Shown: positions 29,329-39,151 of the stretch, in pieces
How positions within the stretch are numbered: the stretch's first letter is position 1
How the letters are laid out: every line of letters begins with the position of its first letter
Origin: Patescibacteria group bacterium
GTDB taxonomy: Bacteria > Patescibacteriota > Microgenomatia > Levybacterales > UBA12049
Assembly (NCBI GenBank): GCA_038064195.1
Contig: JBBTTO010000002.1
Span: forward strand, 333,356-397,355
Direction of reading: 5' to 3'
Length of the DNA stretch: 64,000 nucleotides
Notes under the pieces: generated by a model
Told to the model about the DNA's origin: nothing
Database searches by the model: none
Seen by the model: the letters and a program-made list of their open reading frames with translations, nothing else
Program-made: the position numbers and the translations under genes

Positions 29329-30425
29329 AAGCAATTTTCTACTTAACCGCTTCAACACTCACTATTCAGACTGAAAAAACAGTTCTTAAGCGTATTACTC
29401 TGCCTGAGGATATAGTGGGTGAAGATAAGTCTGTCAATACTCCCGCTCTCAGGTCATATTTTGAGGAACAGATCACATCCATAGCCAAGAAGGCCAGTCC
29501 GGGTGTCGTTATTCTGGGCTCGGGGGTTCTGGCACAAGTGGTAGTACCTAAGGGTGAGGAGTTAGCCTCATTCAAAGAAGAACTCCTTAAAAATCTCACT
29601 TTTTCGCAAGAATATGTAGTAGAAAAGACGATTGAGACAAAAACAAAGACCTATATCCTGATTGCCAACAAAGCATTGTTTGAGGCGGTTGTTGATGCAT
29701 GTCGAAGTGCCGGGATTGATATAGGCGCGGTTCTTCCTTTTTCTCTTTTCAGTGATTTAGATGCGGAAGAATCACTGACGAAAAAAGATATTAAGGCTAT
29801 GCTTAAGCAAAAGGAGCTCTATAAAGTCGGAGATTTCCTGTCTGAGGAGACAACTGAGGAAGAAAAAGTACCTGAGAAGGCTGAGCTTAGTGAAGAGGAG
29901 ACGAAGAAAGAGGAAGACGAGGTTGTTTCTCCCGTAGATGAGGTGAGCTCAGGGGAAGCGTACACTAAAGAGTCGCGCTGGAATACGGCCAGACTCTTGG
30001 TCCTACTCGGTTTTTTGATAGTTTTGACGCTTCTGATGGGAGGGCTTATTTATTTCCAGCAGATACGCTTTCAGAGTAGCAATACTCCGGAAACGTCCGA
30101 AGCAGTTACTCCGACGCCAACGGAAGTACCAAAAGAAGTGGCAAAAACAGATCTTAAAGTCAGTATTAAAAACGGCACCGGAACTGCCGGACAGGCAGGT
30201 AGAGTGAAGGATCTCCTCTCAGGCATCGGTTACTCGGCTATAACAACCGGAAATGCTGAGAGTACCGATCATGACAAAACAGAAATTGTTTTCTCGTCTC
30301 AGGTTAGTACTAAGCAGCAACAGGAGATTAAAGACCTTCTTTTAACCACCTTCACGGCAGTTACAACGCGGGTAGATAATCAGGCAACAGACGATATTTT
30401 GATAATCACAGGCATCGAAAAATAA
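29325..30425 (+). CDS. Hypothetical single-pass membrane protein with a C-terminal LytR_C-type domain
   Basis: About 200-aa N-terminal domain, an acidic linker, a TM segment, a PT linker, then KVSIKNGTGTAGQAGRVKDLLSGIGY, which is LytR_C-like. Confidence 0.55.
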   Translation: MKAIFYLTASTLTIQTEKTVLKRITLPEDIVGEDKSVNTPALRSYFEEQITSIAKKASPGVVILGSGVLAQVVVPKGEELASFKEELLKNLTFSQEYVVEKTIETKTKTYILIANKALFEAVVDACRSAGIDIGAVLPFSLFSDLDAEESLTKKDIKAMLKQKELYKVGDFLSEETTEEEKVPEKAELSEEETKKEEDEVVSPVDEVSSGEAYTKESRWNTARLLVLLGFLIVLTLLMGGLIYFQQIRFQSSNTPETSEAVTPTPTEVPKEVAKTDLKVSIKNGTGTAGQAGRVKDLLSGIGYSAITTGNAESTDHDKTEIVFSSQVSTKQQQEIKDLLLTTFTAVTTRVDNQATDDILIITGIEK

Positions 30426-30531
30426 TAGTCAGCGTATTTTACCTTCTTTTTAGATCCTCTCCTGCTGCTTCCCAGTTGTCAGGTTGCTGTCAAGCTCCCC
30501 ATCCAGCTCAAGAGTATAATAAGCCTATAAT

Positions 30532-31119
30532 ATGAGAGGCAGGTTAGAATATCCTTCACGTTGGGACGGAGTCGCTTTTCACGGCTCAAATATCAAATCA
30601 GGTCCAAATCAGGACGCAGAGCTATTTAATCGACAGCTGGAACGATTTCCTGATCTTCTGATCAGTGGCATGTTAGATGGTATCGATGCTGGCATGCATA
30701 AATTTGACAATATGCCTTATGATGTGACAGTTCTTGGTCCTCCTAAACTCATGACAGTAGGAACGCCAACAATTGGTCAAGTAGTACTAAAAGCCAAGTT
30801 GCTTTTGTGGGGTGAACATTCAGATTTCGGTATATCCAATTCTGATCCCTGGAAAGATAAAGAAACCATTACCTATGTGACAGTTTCAGGGAATGTCTGG
30901 AACCCGTGCAGATCTTTTATTGAAGCAAGTCATATTGGTGATGAATATGATGAGATGGATTCACTTTTCTGGCAGTCTTTATCAGATGAAGAGATGCAGC
31001 GGCGTATTGCTGCTCTATGGCAACGTAAAGAGATGATCCAGGAAGCAAGTCGGTTTAGCGAGAACAGAAAAAGTAATGATAGACAGGTCAACTTATATCG
31101 TAGATCTCTTACCGCGTAA
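30532..31119 (+). CDS. Hypothetical protein
   Basis: 195 aa with no recognisable motif and no Shine-Dalgarno. Confidence 0.45.
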   Translation: MRGRLEYPSRWDGVAFHGSNIKSGPNQDAELFNRQLERFPDLLISGMLDGIDAGMHKFDNMPYDVTVLGPPKLMTVGTPTIGQVVLKAKLLLWGEHSDFGISNSDPWKDKETITYVTVSGNVWNPCRSFIEASHIGDEYDEMDSLFWQSLSDEEMQRRIAALWQRKEMIQEASRFSENRKSNDRQVNLYRRSLTA

Positions 31120-31120
31120 G

Positions 31121-32302
31121 TTATCTCCTGACAAAAAGAATGGCGTTAGGGATATTACGTCCCGGGCCCAATTTATAGCCACCTGACCAGAGGGCGGTAG
31201 ATCCTCCTTCATCAAGATTCATTGCATTTTCCATACCTAACGTCTTCATGGTACGTGCCGACTCCCCCATGGTGGCGTTATAAACAAAGCCTATATAGAC
31301 GGTGCTCCCCCGCGCGGCGACGAAACCTCGAGGGCCTTTGCTGTTGAATTTGGGATCAGGATTGTCAGAATAAACGACATTTCCGCCTGAGACAAGAAGC
31401 GGGAAATTAGAGAGAACTGCATCAACGCCCGTGTCGCGTCCCCATTCTGACGCGTGTGCTACAAAACGTGCAGAACTTCCCTGAAAAATGACAGCCGGAT
31501 TGTTACTATAGACATTATTATCAGAGTTAAAATAATGCTTATTCTTATTCATCACCAGAAGGTCAAAGGAGTTGGTTTTTCCGGAGCAGCTCGGGTATTC
31601 GGCCGGACAAAAATACGTACCGTTGATGCCCGCGAAAGCGCCGTTACGAGCAACATAATCGCTCAAGGGGAGAACAGGGCAATTGTTGCTACAATCTCCA
31701 TCTGATGCGGTATCGACAATAACACGTGTCGAATTAAGATCAGCAGCGACAATTGCGACCGTAAAATCCCCGACATCGGTTGAGACTTTTTGTACACTAA
31801 AGCCTGATCCCGGGGGTGTATTGTTTGCCGGTGCATTGGTAGCAGCTGCAGGCAGAGATGATATTGCCAATGCGGCTTGGGCTTTGGACTGGTCGTCTTT
31901 GATTTGTTTGTTCAAAGCGACCAGTGTCGCATCAGATGAGGCATAGTTACGTTCGGAGAGGTAGGCGAGTGACTGAGTGAACAGCTTTTCATAAGCATCG
32001 GTTTTCTGTTTTTGCGCTCTCAGGTCCTGAATCGTTTCATACGTCTTAAGCGCAACTTTATAAGAAGATTCGATGGCCTTAATCTGTGTCTGAAGTGTCT
32101 CATTGCGCTTAAACTGATCCTGATTTTTGAGATCCTGATATTGCTTTTCAACACGAGCAAGTTGTTTTTGTGTCGCGGATAAACTTTTGTTTTGTGAGGT
32201 GAGTTTGACAACGGCGAGAATGATAAGAACAGCCGCAACGATAACAGGAACACTGAATAAGAAGGCCAGGTGTTTTTTGAGGATATGAAGCAGTTGGGAC
32301 AT
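31121..32302 (-). CDS. Phosphodiester glycosidase family protein (DUF2233/NAGPA-like), membrane-anchored
   Basis: N-terminal TM segment, a coiled-coil, and a C-terminal ...AMNLDEGGSTALW motif typical of DUF2233. Confidence 0.7.
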   Translation of the reverse strand: MSQLLHILKKHLAFLFSVPVIVAAVLIILAVVKLTSQNKSLSATQKQLARVEKQYQDLKNQDQFKRNETLQTQIKAIESSYKVALKTYETIQDLRAQKQKTDAYEKLFTQSLAYLSERNYASSDATLVALNKQIKDDQSKAQAALAISSLPAAATNAPANNTPPGSGFSVQKVSTDVGDFTVAIVAADLNSTRVIVDTASDGDCSNNCPVLPLSDYVARNGAFAGINGTYFCPAEYPSCSGKTNSFDLLVMNKNKHYFNSDNNVYSNNPAVIFQGSSARFVAHASEWGRDTGVDAVLSNFPLLVSGGNVVYSDNPDPKFNSKGPRGFVAARGSTVYIGFVYNATMGESARTMKTLGMENAMNLDEGGSTALWSGGYKLGPGRNIPNAILFVRR

Positions 32303-32350
32303 TTACATTATTTTATCAGGAAAATTTAAGACTGATCAAGTCAATAGTAT

Positions 32351-32379
32351 TTGATTTGAGGCTAATAAAGCCCTATAAT
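32351..32379 (+). promoter_or_regulatory. Promoter TTGATT-17-TATAAT upstream of the sigma factor gene (leader about 110 nt)
   Basis: TTGATT at 32351-32356 and TATAAT at 32374-32379. Confidence 0.65.
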
Positions 32380-32490
32380 ATCTTTCTTATGTCTGAGAAA
32401 TTGAGACCACGAGATTTTGATACCTCTTCAGAATTTTTTGATGGTTGAGTCAAAGAGGATCGTTCCCTCTCAGGTGATACTCCCGCGATC

Positions 32491-33867
32491 GTGTTGTATA
32501 ACGGAGTGGGAGAAGCAGACGTTGCTTCTCCGGATTTCCTTGCAGGAGTCGAAGAGCTACTAGAAGATATTAGAGAGCCTGATAATATGTCAGTGCTGTT
32601 GCAAGAAATTGAAGCAAGGGGTGATATTGTCGATGCGTTCCCCCGTGTCCCCTCAGAGATTTTGGATTCTGACTTGGATGATCCTGTTGTACTTTATTTT
32701 CGAGATGCAGGTACGAGAGATATTCTAACTCGCGAAGAAGAAGTGAGCCTTGCGCAAGCAATGGAGCGAGGGGACACGGCTGCAAGAGCGATATTGATCG
32801 AATCAAATTTACGTCTCGTTGCCTCCATAGCGAATCGATATGTTGGTCGAGGCCTTGATTTCCTAGATCTAATTCAGGAAGGTAATATCGGACTGATGCG
32901 TGCAATTGAGAAATTTGATTGGCGGCTGGGGTATAAAATATCTACCTATGCGACGTGGTGGATACGCCAATCTATGACGCGAGCGATTGCTGATAAAGGA
33001 CGCATCATACGATTACCTGTCTATATTATTGAATCTGGTCATAGTATACGAAGAACTGAGAACGATTTGAAGAGTGAGTTTGGTAGGGAGCCAACTGATG
33101 ATGAGGTTGGAGCTGCATCAGGATTTGGCAGAGAAAGAGTAGATGCTATCAAGTCACATACCCAAGGAATTGATTCTCTCAATCGTCCTTTAGATCAAGA
33201 TCCTGATCATGAGAGAGGAGATTTTCTGGCAGATCCGGACAATCTTGAAGAAGGTGTCTTAACCGGTGTGCAAAATCAGGAAATTTTAGACGGGCTTGCA
33301 GGGCTAACAGACAGAGAAAAATTGATCATCTCTATGAGGTTTGGTCTTAAGGGGAGTGATACCCATACGCTTGAAGAGACCGGATACGAGTTAGAAATAA
33401 CTCGTGAGAGGGTACGACAAATTGAAAAAAAAGCTCTTGCCAAGCTAAAAAGAAATAATCATATGCGATCTTTATATTATGGCGATTCGGAAGAGTCAGT
33501 CAGAAGGGCTACTGTGCCAGAACAAGTAGTAGTACCGTCTTCTCATGTGGACACAGTTGAATATGTTCAGTTTTCTCACATTGAAAAGGAGATTTTTAGG
33601 CTTTATGCCAGAGGATTGAGTCTCAAAACGATTGCAAAGATTGCGGGTATTACCAATCAAGATGCAAAAAACTATATTACCAGCATACGGCATAAGCTAA
33701 AAGCTTCCACGAGGACTGAGGCGATAAGTATCGGTACCAGGCTTGGATTACAGACAGATACTGATGGTGGTAGTGATGATCTAGGAATAGAGAATGGTAA
33801 TTCAGGGTTTATTCCTGAAGTTGGATCTCAAAGGGATCCTGATCTGTCTCAGCCTGATAGAGAGTAG
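32491..33867 (+). CDS. RpoD-like sigma-70 factor (regions 1.2-4.2) with an extra C-terminal LuxR/GerE-type HTH domain and an acidic tail
   Basis: Region 2 [16 protein letters not shown]...YATWWIRQ. Region 4.2 [28 protein letters not shown]. Then about 125 extra residues containing [50 protein letters not shown]. Confidence 0.85.
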   Translation: MLYNGVGEADVASPDFLAGVEELLEDIREPDNMSVLLQEIEARGDIVDAFPRVPSEILDSDLDDPVVLYFRDAGTRDILTREEEVSLAQAMERGDTAARAILIESNLRLVASIANRYVGRGLDFLDLIQEGNIGLMRAIEKFDWRLGYKISTYATWWIRQSMTRAIADKGRIIRLPVYIIESGHSIRRTENDLKSEFGREPTDDEVGAASGFGRERVDAIKSHTQGIDSLNRPLDQDPDHERGDFLADPDNLEEGVLTGVQNQEILDGLAGLTDREKLIISMRFGLKGSDTHTLEETGYELEITRERVRQIEKKALAKLKRNNHMRSLYYGDSEESVRRATVPEQVVVPSSHVDTVEYVQFSHIEKEIFRLYARGLSLKTIAKIAGITNQDAKNYITSIRHKLKASTRTEAISIGTRLGLQTDTDGGSDDLGIENGNSGFIPEVGSQRDPDLSQPDRE

Positions 33868-34739
33868 GATTTAAACTTGTCGATGTTAGCTTTATCAGGG
33901 CCTTTTTTATCAAGTCCCGGGACTTCTAAAATAAATGGTTTGTTCTTCGTCAAAGAACTGTTTACTAACATCTTAAATTCATCTTCCGGAATTTGACCCA
34001 TGCCTAAATTTTCATGTCTATCTCTGAACGAGCCCAGCGGATCTTTACTGTCATTGATCTGAAATACTTCAAGTCTGTCCATGCCGACTTTTTGCTCAAA
34101 TTCGTCAAAATATGTCTTAAATTTGTCCTCAGTTGATAGATCACAGCCAGCGCCCCAGAGATGACAGGTGTCCAGACAGACTTTAATACGGGGATGATTT
34201 AATTGCCTCACAATAAATCCTAATTCCGAAAGTGACCAGTTGAGCTTTTTGTTGCCGGCATTTTCAATAATAAAATACGTTCCTTCAGGTGTGCTATCAA
34301 GCACAGCCTGAACATTGTTAAAGACAATGTCATATTGTTTAGCAGTCGGTTTTTCTGCCTGCTTGAAAGAACCCAGATGAATGATTGAACCGACAATGTT
34401 CATTCTCTTAGCCAGGTTTAACTCATCTATAAGGGTCTGGATGGAAGCCTTACCGATGCGGTCATTGTCGGCGAAGTTGACGAGATAGGAAGCATGGAAA
34501 TAGACAGGATCTATGGCATATTTCTTTCGTTCAGTCAAAAAAGTCTCAATTTGCTCATCACTTACAGGCTGGACGCCCCAGTTACGAGGGGAAGAGGAAA
34601 AAATCTGCAGGCAGTTGCCGCCGATCTCGTTAATTTTATGAAGTGCGTTATGATATCCGCCCGCAATTGATAAATGAGCGCCAATTTTCAGGTTAGTGGT
34701 CTTTGTGATAACGCTCTTCGATTTTGTTGAGCTTGTCAT
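33849..34739 (-). CDS. nfo: Endonuclease IV (AP endonuclease family 2)
   Basis: TIM-barrel Nfo motifs [10 protein letters not shown]...HASYLVN. The 3' end overlaps the sigma gene convergently by 19 nt. Confidence 0.9.
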   Translation of the reverse strand: MTSSTKSKSVITKTTNLKIGAHLSIAGGYHNALHKINEIGGNCLQIFSSSPRNWGVQPVSDEQIETFLTERKKYAIDPVYFHASYLVNFADNDRIGKASIQTLIDELNLAKRMNIVGSIIHLGSFKQAEKPTAKQYDIVFNNVQAVLDSTPEGTYFIIENAGNKKLNWSLSELGFIVRQLNHPRIKVCLDTCHLWGAGCDLSTEDKFKTYFDEFEQKVGMDRLEVFQINDSKDPLGSFRDRHENLGMGQIPEDEFKMLVNSSLTKNKPFILEVPGLDKKGPDKANIDKFKSYSLSG

Positions 34740-35025
34740 TAATTGCCCGTTCGATGTCTACGCCTGCGGCGTTGGCAAGTTGGATGGTCGTTATAAGTAC
34801 GTCGGCAAACTCTTCATAGAAATTTCTTTTATCAAAGCGATCGAGCTTAGACTTTCTCTGTAATTTAAGCACAGAGAGTGTATCGTTACAGAGTTCGCCT
34901 ACCTCTTCATTTAATTTAATTGTTTTGGTCAGAATCTCTTTTTCAGCTTGGGTATTGAGCTTATAAATGATCGGCTTTTTCCGATCCAGCTCTTTCATTT
35001 TTGCCTGTAGTGCTTTAAAATCCAT
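34693..35025 (-). CDS. MazG-like nucleotide pyrophosphohydrolase
   Basis: EEVGELCND and EEFADVLITTIQLANAAGVDIE motifs. The ORF-track start at 35157 is rejected because it overlaps alkA; Met45 at 35025 is preferred. Confidence 0.7.
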   Translation of the reverse strand: MDFKALQAKMKELDRKKPIIYKLNTQAEKEILTKTIKLNEEVGELCNDTLSVLKLQRKSKLDRFDKRNFYEEFADVLITTIQLANAAGVDIERAINDKLNKIEERYHKDH

Positions 35026-35071
35026 GCTTGCAGTATAGCACAGAATGCAGAAGATGGTGTAAACTTTCGCT

Positions 35072-35665
35072 ATGGATAAAGCACGGACAATTCTCAGTAA
35101 AAAAGATCCGATACTTGGGAAAGTTATCAAAAAGATAGGATCTTTTGAAAGCCACAAAGGCGGGAATTATTTCGAGGATTTGACTGAATCAATTGTCTCA
35201 CAGCAACTCTCAATCAAAGCAGCCAATACGATCTGGGGTCGATTTATCGCCTTACTGCCTGACAAGAAGGTCACTCCGGAGAATGTTTGGGAAGTGCCGG
35301 ATCAGAAAATCCGTGATGCCGGTCTCTCCTGGTCAAAAGTCGCATACGTTAAGGATCTGGCGAAAAAGACAATGGAGTCAGGTATTATCTTTGAGCAATT
35401 TGAGATCATGACTGATGAGGAGATCATCACTGAGCTTATCAAAGTAAAAGGTATAGGACGCTGGACTGCTGAGATGTTTTTGATGTTTGCGATGGAGCGG
35501 CCGGATGTTTTTTCCTACGGCGATTTAGGGCTGCGCCGTGCTATTCAGAAATTATATAGTTTTGATCATGAGCCGACTGTTGAGGAAGCAGAGAAAATAG
35601 CACAGAAATGGAAGCCATACAGGACCCTCGCCTGTCGTTATTTGTGGCGTAGTCTTGAACTATAA
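35072..35665 (+). CDS. DNA-3-methyladenine glycosylase II-like (HhH-GPD superfamily)
   Basis: HhH-GPD motif LIKVKGIGRWTAEMFLMFAMERPDVFSYGDLGLRRA. Confidence 0.75.
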   Translation: MDKARTILSKKDPILGKVIKKIGSFESHKGGNYFEDLTESIVSQQLSIKAANTIWGRFIALLPDKKVTPENVWEVPDQKIRDAGLSWSKVAYVKDLAKKTMESGIIFEQFEIMTDEEIITELIKVKGIGRWTAEMFLMFAMERPDVFSYGDLGLRRAIQKLYSFDHEPTVEEAEKIAQKWKPYRTLACRYLWRSLEL

Positions 35666-35667
35666 TC

Positions 35668-35701
35668 GGTAGCGGGTAGCGGGTAGCGGGTAGCGGGTAG
35701 C
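35668..35701 (+). repeat. Heptanucleotide microsatellite (GGTAGCG)x~5
   Basis: cggtagcgggtagcgggtagcgggtagcgggtagc, lying between the alkA stop and the dehydrogenase start. Confidence 0.85.
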
Positions 35702-36715
35702 TTGTGCTATTCTAGAATTGTGAAGATTGCTTTTTTTGAGATAGAAGAATGGGAGGAAGACTTCCTCCAAAAAAAACTTGAAGGACATGACATTTCATTT
35801 GATACAGATTTGATATCTCCAGAGACTCCCCGGATAGACAATATTGAGATTTTGTCGGTTTTTATCTATTCAAAAGTTGATAAAGACCTCCTTTCGAAAA
35901 TGCCTCAACTTAAGATGATCGTTACTCGCTCAACCGGCTTTGATCATATCGATATTGAGGCTTGTAAGGCCAGAAATATCATCGTAACCAATGTGCCTGA
36001 ATACGGTACCCAGACAGTAGCCGAACATACCTTCGCACTCCTTTTAGCCCTCTCCCGAAAAATTGTCCAGTCAGTTGAAAGGACACAGAAAAGTGATTTT
36101 AGCCTGGATGGGCTTCGGGGTTTTGATCTTTATAAAAAGACACTGGGAGTGGTCGGCGCGGGTAATATCGGACAAGCTGTTATCAGGATTGCCAACGGAT
36201 TTGGCATGGATATCCTGGTATCTTCACCACACCAGGATATGGAATTGGCCCAGCGTTTAGGCTTTATGTATGTTGATCTGGAACATCTTTTAAAAGTCTC
36301 AGATATTATTACCTTTCATGTGCCTTTGACTCCGGAGACCAAGCATATGCTTAATAAAGATAATATCTCACAACTGAAAAAAGGAGCTATCGTTCTTAAT
36401 ACTGCCAGAGGCGGGATAATTGAGACTGAGGCACTTTTAATGGGACTTGAGCAGGGGATAGTAGCCGGGGCAGGTATAGATGTACTTGAGGAGGAATGCT
36501 TTATTAAGGAAGAAAGGCAGCTTCTGACCAGTCAGTTTCTCAAGGAATGTGATATCAAGGCACAACTTCTCAATCACGTATTGGTGACGAAAGAGAATGT
36601 CCTGGTGACACCCCATAATGCCTTTAACAGCATTGAGGCGCTTTTGCGTATCCTTGACGTTAGTGTCGAGAACGTGCTATCTTTTGTCCAGCAAAAAACC
36701 GTTAATCAGGTTTGA
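35702..36715 (+). CDS. D-isomer-specific 2-hydroxyacid dehydrogenase
   Basis: NAD-binding GVVGAGNIGQAV and the catalytic R/E/H. Probable start is GTG 35720 (MKIAFFE). Confidence 0.85.
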   Translation: MCYSRIVKIAFFEIEEWEEDFLQKKLEGHDISFDTDLISPETPRIDNIEILSVFIYSKVDKDLLSKMPQLKMIVTRSTGFDHIDIEACKARNIIVTNVPEYGTQTVAEHTFALLLALSRKIVQSVERTQKSDFSLDGLRGFDLYKKTLGVVGAGNIGQAVIRIANGFGMDILVSSPHQDMELAQRLGFMYVDLEHLLKVSDIITFHVPLTPETKHMLNKDNISQLKKGAIVLNTARGGIIETEALLMGLEQGIVAGAGIDVLEEECFIKEERQLLTSQFLKECDIKAQLLNHVLVTKENVLVTPHNAFNSIEALLRILDVSVENVLSFVQQKTVNQV

Positions 36716-36734
36716 GGATACAGGTGTGGCTGCC

Positions 36735-36790
36735 AGTATGGGTTTAGGCATAGTTGGAAGAAACCCTTTCAACAAAACCATACCTAAACC
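36735..36790. repeat. Third copy of the dispersed palindromic repeat (GGGTTTAGGCATAG-N25-CATACCTAAACC)
   Basis: Inverted pair of GGTTTAGGYATRG in the intergenic region before tkt. Confidence 0.5.
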
Positions 36791-36809
36791 AGCTGCTACA
36801 ACCATAACT

Positions 36810-38699
36810 ATGACTAATTTCACTGACTGGGAAAAGAAGGCTAATCTCCTTCGCAAACTAATTTTAACTTCAACAACAGCTGCCGGGTCGGGCCACGTTA
36901 CCTCAAGTTTCTCGGCAGTTGAATTGGGAACTGTGCTTTTTGATAAATATTTTAGCTATGATCTTGATAACCCGCTGTCGTTAACCAATGATCGTTTTGT
37001 CTTGTCTAAAGGCCATGCGTCACCATTATTTTACGGATTGTATGCAATGAGCGGTGCTTTTCCTCTTGAGGATTTACAGACACTACGAAAACTCGGCAGT
37101 AACTTAGAAGGCCATCCGACATCTCATTTTAAATATACCGATGCAGCGACGGGGTCTTTGGGACAAGGGTTATCTGTGGGTAACGGACTTGCATATTATC
37201 TCAAAGATCAAAGACCAAAGACCAAAGATCAAAAAAATCCTAAGGTTTTTGTCATGTTAGGTGACGGGGAGTGTGCCGAGGGTCAGGTCTGGGAAGCGGC
37301 AAATTTTGCGTCTTATTACAAATTGAATAACCTCATTGCGATTGCTGACATTAACAGATTGGGACAAAGTCAGGCGACAATGTTCGGCCACCAAATGAAT
37401 AACTATCAAAAAAGATTTGAGGCGTTCGGTTTTGAGACTGTGGTTATCAAGGGGCATAATTTGACTGAGATTGATAACGCTTTTACACAAGCTGTTGAGA
37501 ATAGGACAGGAAAACCCTTCATTATTCTGGCAGAGACGGTAAAAGGTAAGGGGGTTTCATTTCTTGAGGATAAAGACGGTTGGCATGGGAAAGCTCTTAA
37601 AAAAGAAGATCTTGAGAAAGCGCTTGCTGAATTGGGTGAAGTTGATGAGAGTGTCAGATTTGAATTAAGAAAACCAGAGGTCATTGCGAGCGTGGCGAAG
37701 CAATCTGATAAAAAGATTGCCACGTCGTCTACGACTCCTCGCAATGACATATTATTTGACTTCAAAAAAGGTGAGGAGGTTGGGACCCGAGAGGTATACG
37801 GCAAGGCACTCTCCCAACTTGCCCGGGAAGATGAGCGGATCTTTTCGCTGGATGCTGATATGAAGAATTCGACTTTCAGCGAGGATTTTCTTAAGATTTG
37901 GCCGGAACGATTTATAGAATGCTTTATCGCTGAACAGAATATGGTAAGTGTGGCAGTCGGACTCGCGAGGCTGGGGAGGAAGCCGTTTGTTTCAACCTTT
38001 GCTTCTTTTCTTACCCGGGCCGCTGATCAAATACGTATGGCCGCGGTTTCAAGAGCGAATATCGCTTTTGTGGGTGCTCACGTCGGAGTCTCAATCGGTG
38101 AGGATGGTCCGTCGCAAATGGGACTTGAGGATATTGCTCTTTTTGGGACAATTCCTGACTCAATTGTTTTGCAACCGAGTGATGTTGTCTCGATGACAAA
38201 GCTTATTCCACACCTTTTGTCTCACGAACATATCTCATATCTCAGAATGCTTCGACCCAAAACACCTGTACTCTACGAAAACGATGAAGAATTCAGTGTC
38301 GGAGGATCGAAAGTTTTACGCTCGACTGCTAAAGATGTCCTGACAGTTGCTGCGACAGGAATTACAGTCCATGAGGCTCTCAAGGCTCAACAAGAATTGG
38401 AGAAAGAGGGGATTATGATTCGAGTTATTGATTGTTATAGCATCAAACCTGTCGACAAAACAACTTTGCGATTTTGTCTCTCTGAGACTTTGAAATCTAT
38501 TATCATTACCGTTGAAGATCATTACGAGCACGGAGGACTTGGTGACTTTGTCCTGGCGGCAATGAGTGAGCGGGGCGGGACAGTGTACAAAATGGCAGTC
38601 GATCATATCTCGCGCTCGGGAACCAAGGATGAATTACTGTCTGATGCGAAGATCAGCGCTTCAGCAATTGTACAAAAAGTCAAAAATCTTCTAGACTAG
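36810..38699 (+). CDS. tkt: Transketolase (compact single-chain form, about 629 aa)
   Basis: N-terminal TPP domain GSGHVTSS...GHASP, then pyrimidine-binding and C-terminal domains. The ORF-track start at 36618 is rejected. Confidence 0.85.
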   Translation: MTNFTDWEKKANLLRKLILTSTTAAGSGHVTSSFSAVELGTVLFDKYFSYDLDNPLSLTNDRFVLSKGHASPLFYGLYAMSGAFPLEDLQTLRKLGSNLEGHPTSHFKYTDAATGSLGQGLSVGNGLAYYLKDQRPKTKDQKNPKVFVMLGDGECAEGQVWEAANFASYYKLNNLIAIADINRLGQSQATMFGHQMNNYQKRFEAFGFETVVIKGHNLTEIDNAFTQAVENRTGKPFIILAETVKGKGVSFLEDKDGWHGKALKKEDLEKALAELGEVDESVRFELRKPEVIASVAKQSDKKIATSSTTPRNDILFDFKKGEEVGTREVYGKALSQLAREDERIFSLDADMKNSTFSEDFLKIWPERFIECFIAEQNMVSVAVGLARLGRKPFVSTFASFLTRAADQIRMAAVSRANIAFVGAHVGVSIGEDGPSQMGLEDIALFGTIPDSIVLQPSDVVSMTKLIPHLLSHEHISYLRMLRPKTPVLYENDEEFSVGGSKVLRSTAKDVLTVAATGITVHEALKAQQELEKEGIMIRVIDCYSIKPVDKTTLRFCLSETLKSIIITVEDHYEHGGLGDFVLAAMSERGGTVYKMAVDHISRSGTKDELLSDAKISASAIVQKVKNLLD

Positions 38700-38715
38700 A
38701 GGATACATCCTGCCT

Positions 38716-39093
38716 ATGGCTTTCCCGCATCATCACGAAAAGCGTAAAATCATGATTAATCTGTTTACTCTTCCGATGATCATCGGAATATTGGCCTTAG
38801 CCACCGTATTCAGTGCCCCGGTCAGACGGATTGTGAATATCCCCCAGAAAATTATCTTAGGCGCTAAAGATAATCGTTTACAGGAGGTCACTAAGGAGAA
38901 TTTTTCAAAAGAGATAGTCGATGATACAAAGGATCAACTTGATACCATGAAAACGGATGTTCTCAAGACTACTGTCGGGGAGATACTAGAATTTCTCAGT
39001 AAGGGAAGTAAAATTACCAAAGATCTTAACGGTGTGCAACAGCAGGCAGGCGGACTTTTTGATACATATACCAACCTCGACTTTATAAAGTAA
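38716..39093 (+). CDS. Hypothetical small membrane-anchored protein
   Basis: Single TM segment. Probable start at Met13. Confidence 0.4.
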   Translation: MAFPHHHEKRKIMINLFTLPMIIGILALATVFSAPVRRIVNIPQKIILGAKDNRLQEVTKENFSKEIVDDTKDQLDTMKTDVLKTTVGEILEFLSKGSKITKDLNGVQQQAGGLFDTYTNLDFIK

Positions 39094-39151
39094 CTGCCGA
39101 TCTCTCCGGAGTTGACACTCCGTCTCTCATCAATTACGCTGATGATACTCA

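Noticed and set aside
35026-35157. 44-codon N-terminal extension of the mazG-like ORF
   Set aside because: It overlaps the alkA-like gene on the other strand, and the MazG fold starts at the internal Met (MDFKALQAKM...).
36618-36809. ORF-track 5' extension of transketolase overlapping the 2-hydroxyacid dehydrogenase 3' end
   Set aside because: The conserved TK N-terminus (MTNFTDWEKKANLLRK...GSGH) begins at Met65, which is 36810. The extension runs through the palindromic repeat and overlaps the upstream gene.
39094-39151. yybP-ykoY (Mn) riboswitch upstream of the Nramp gene
   Set aside because: The leader is only about 58 nt and lacks the conserved motif. It contains only a short GGAGT-TGAC-ACTCC hairpin overlapping a TTGACA -35.
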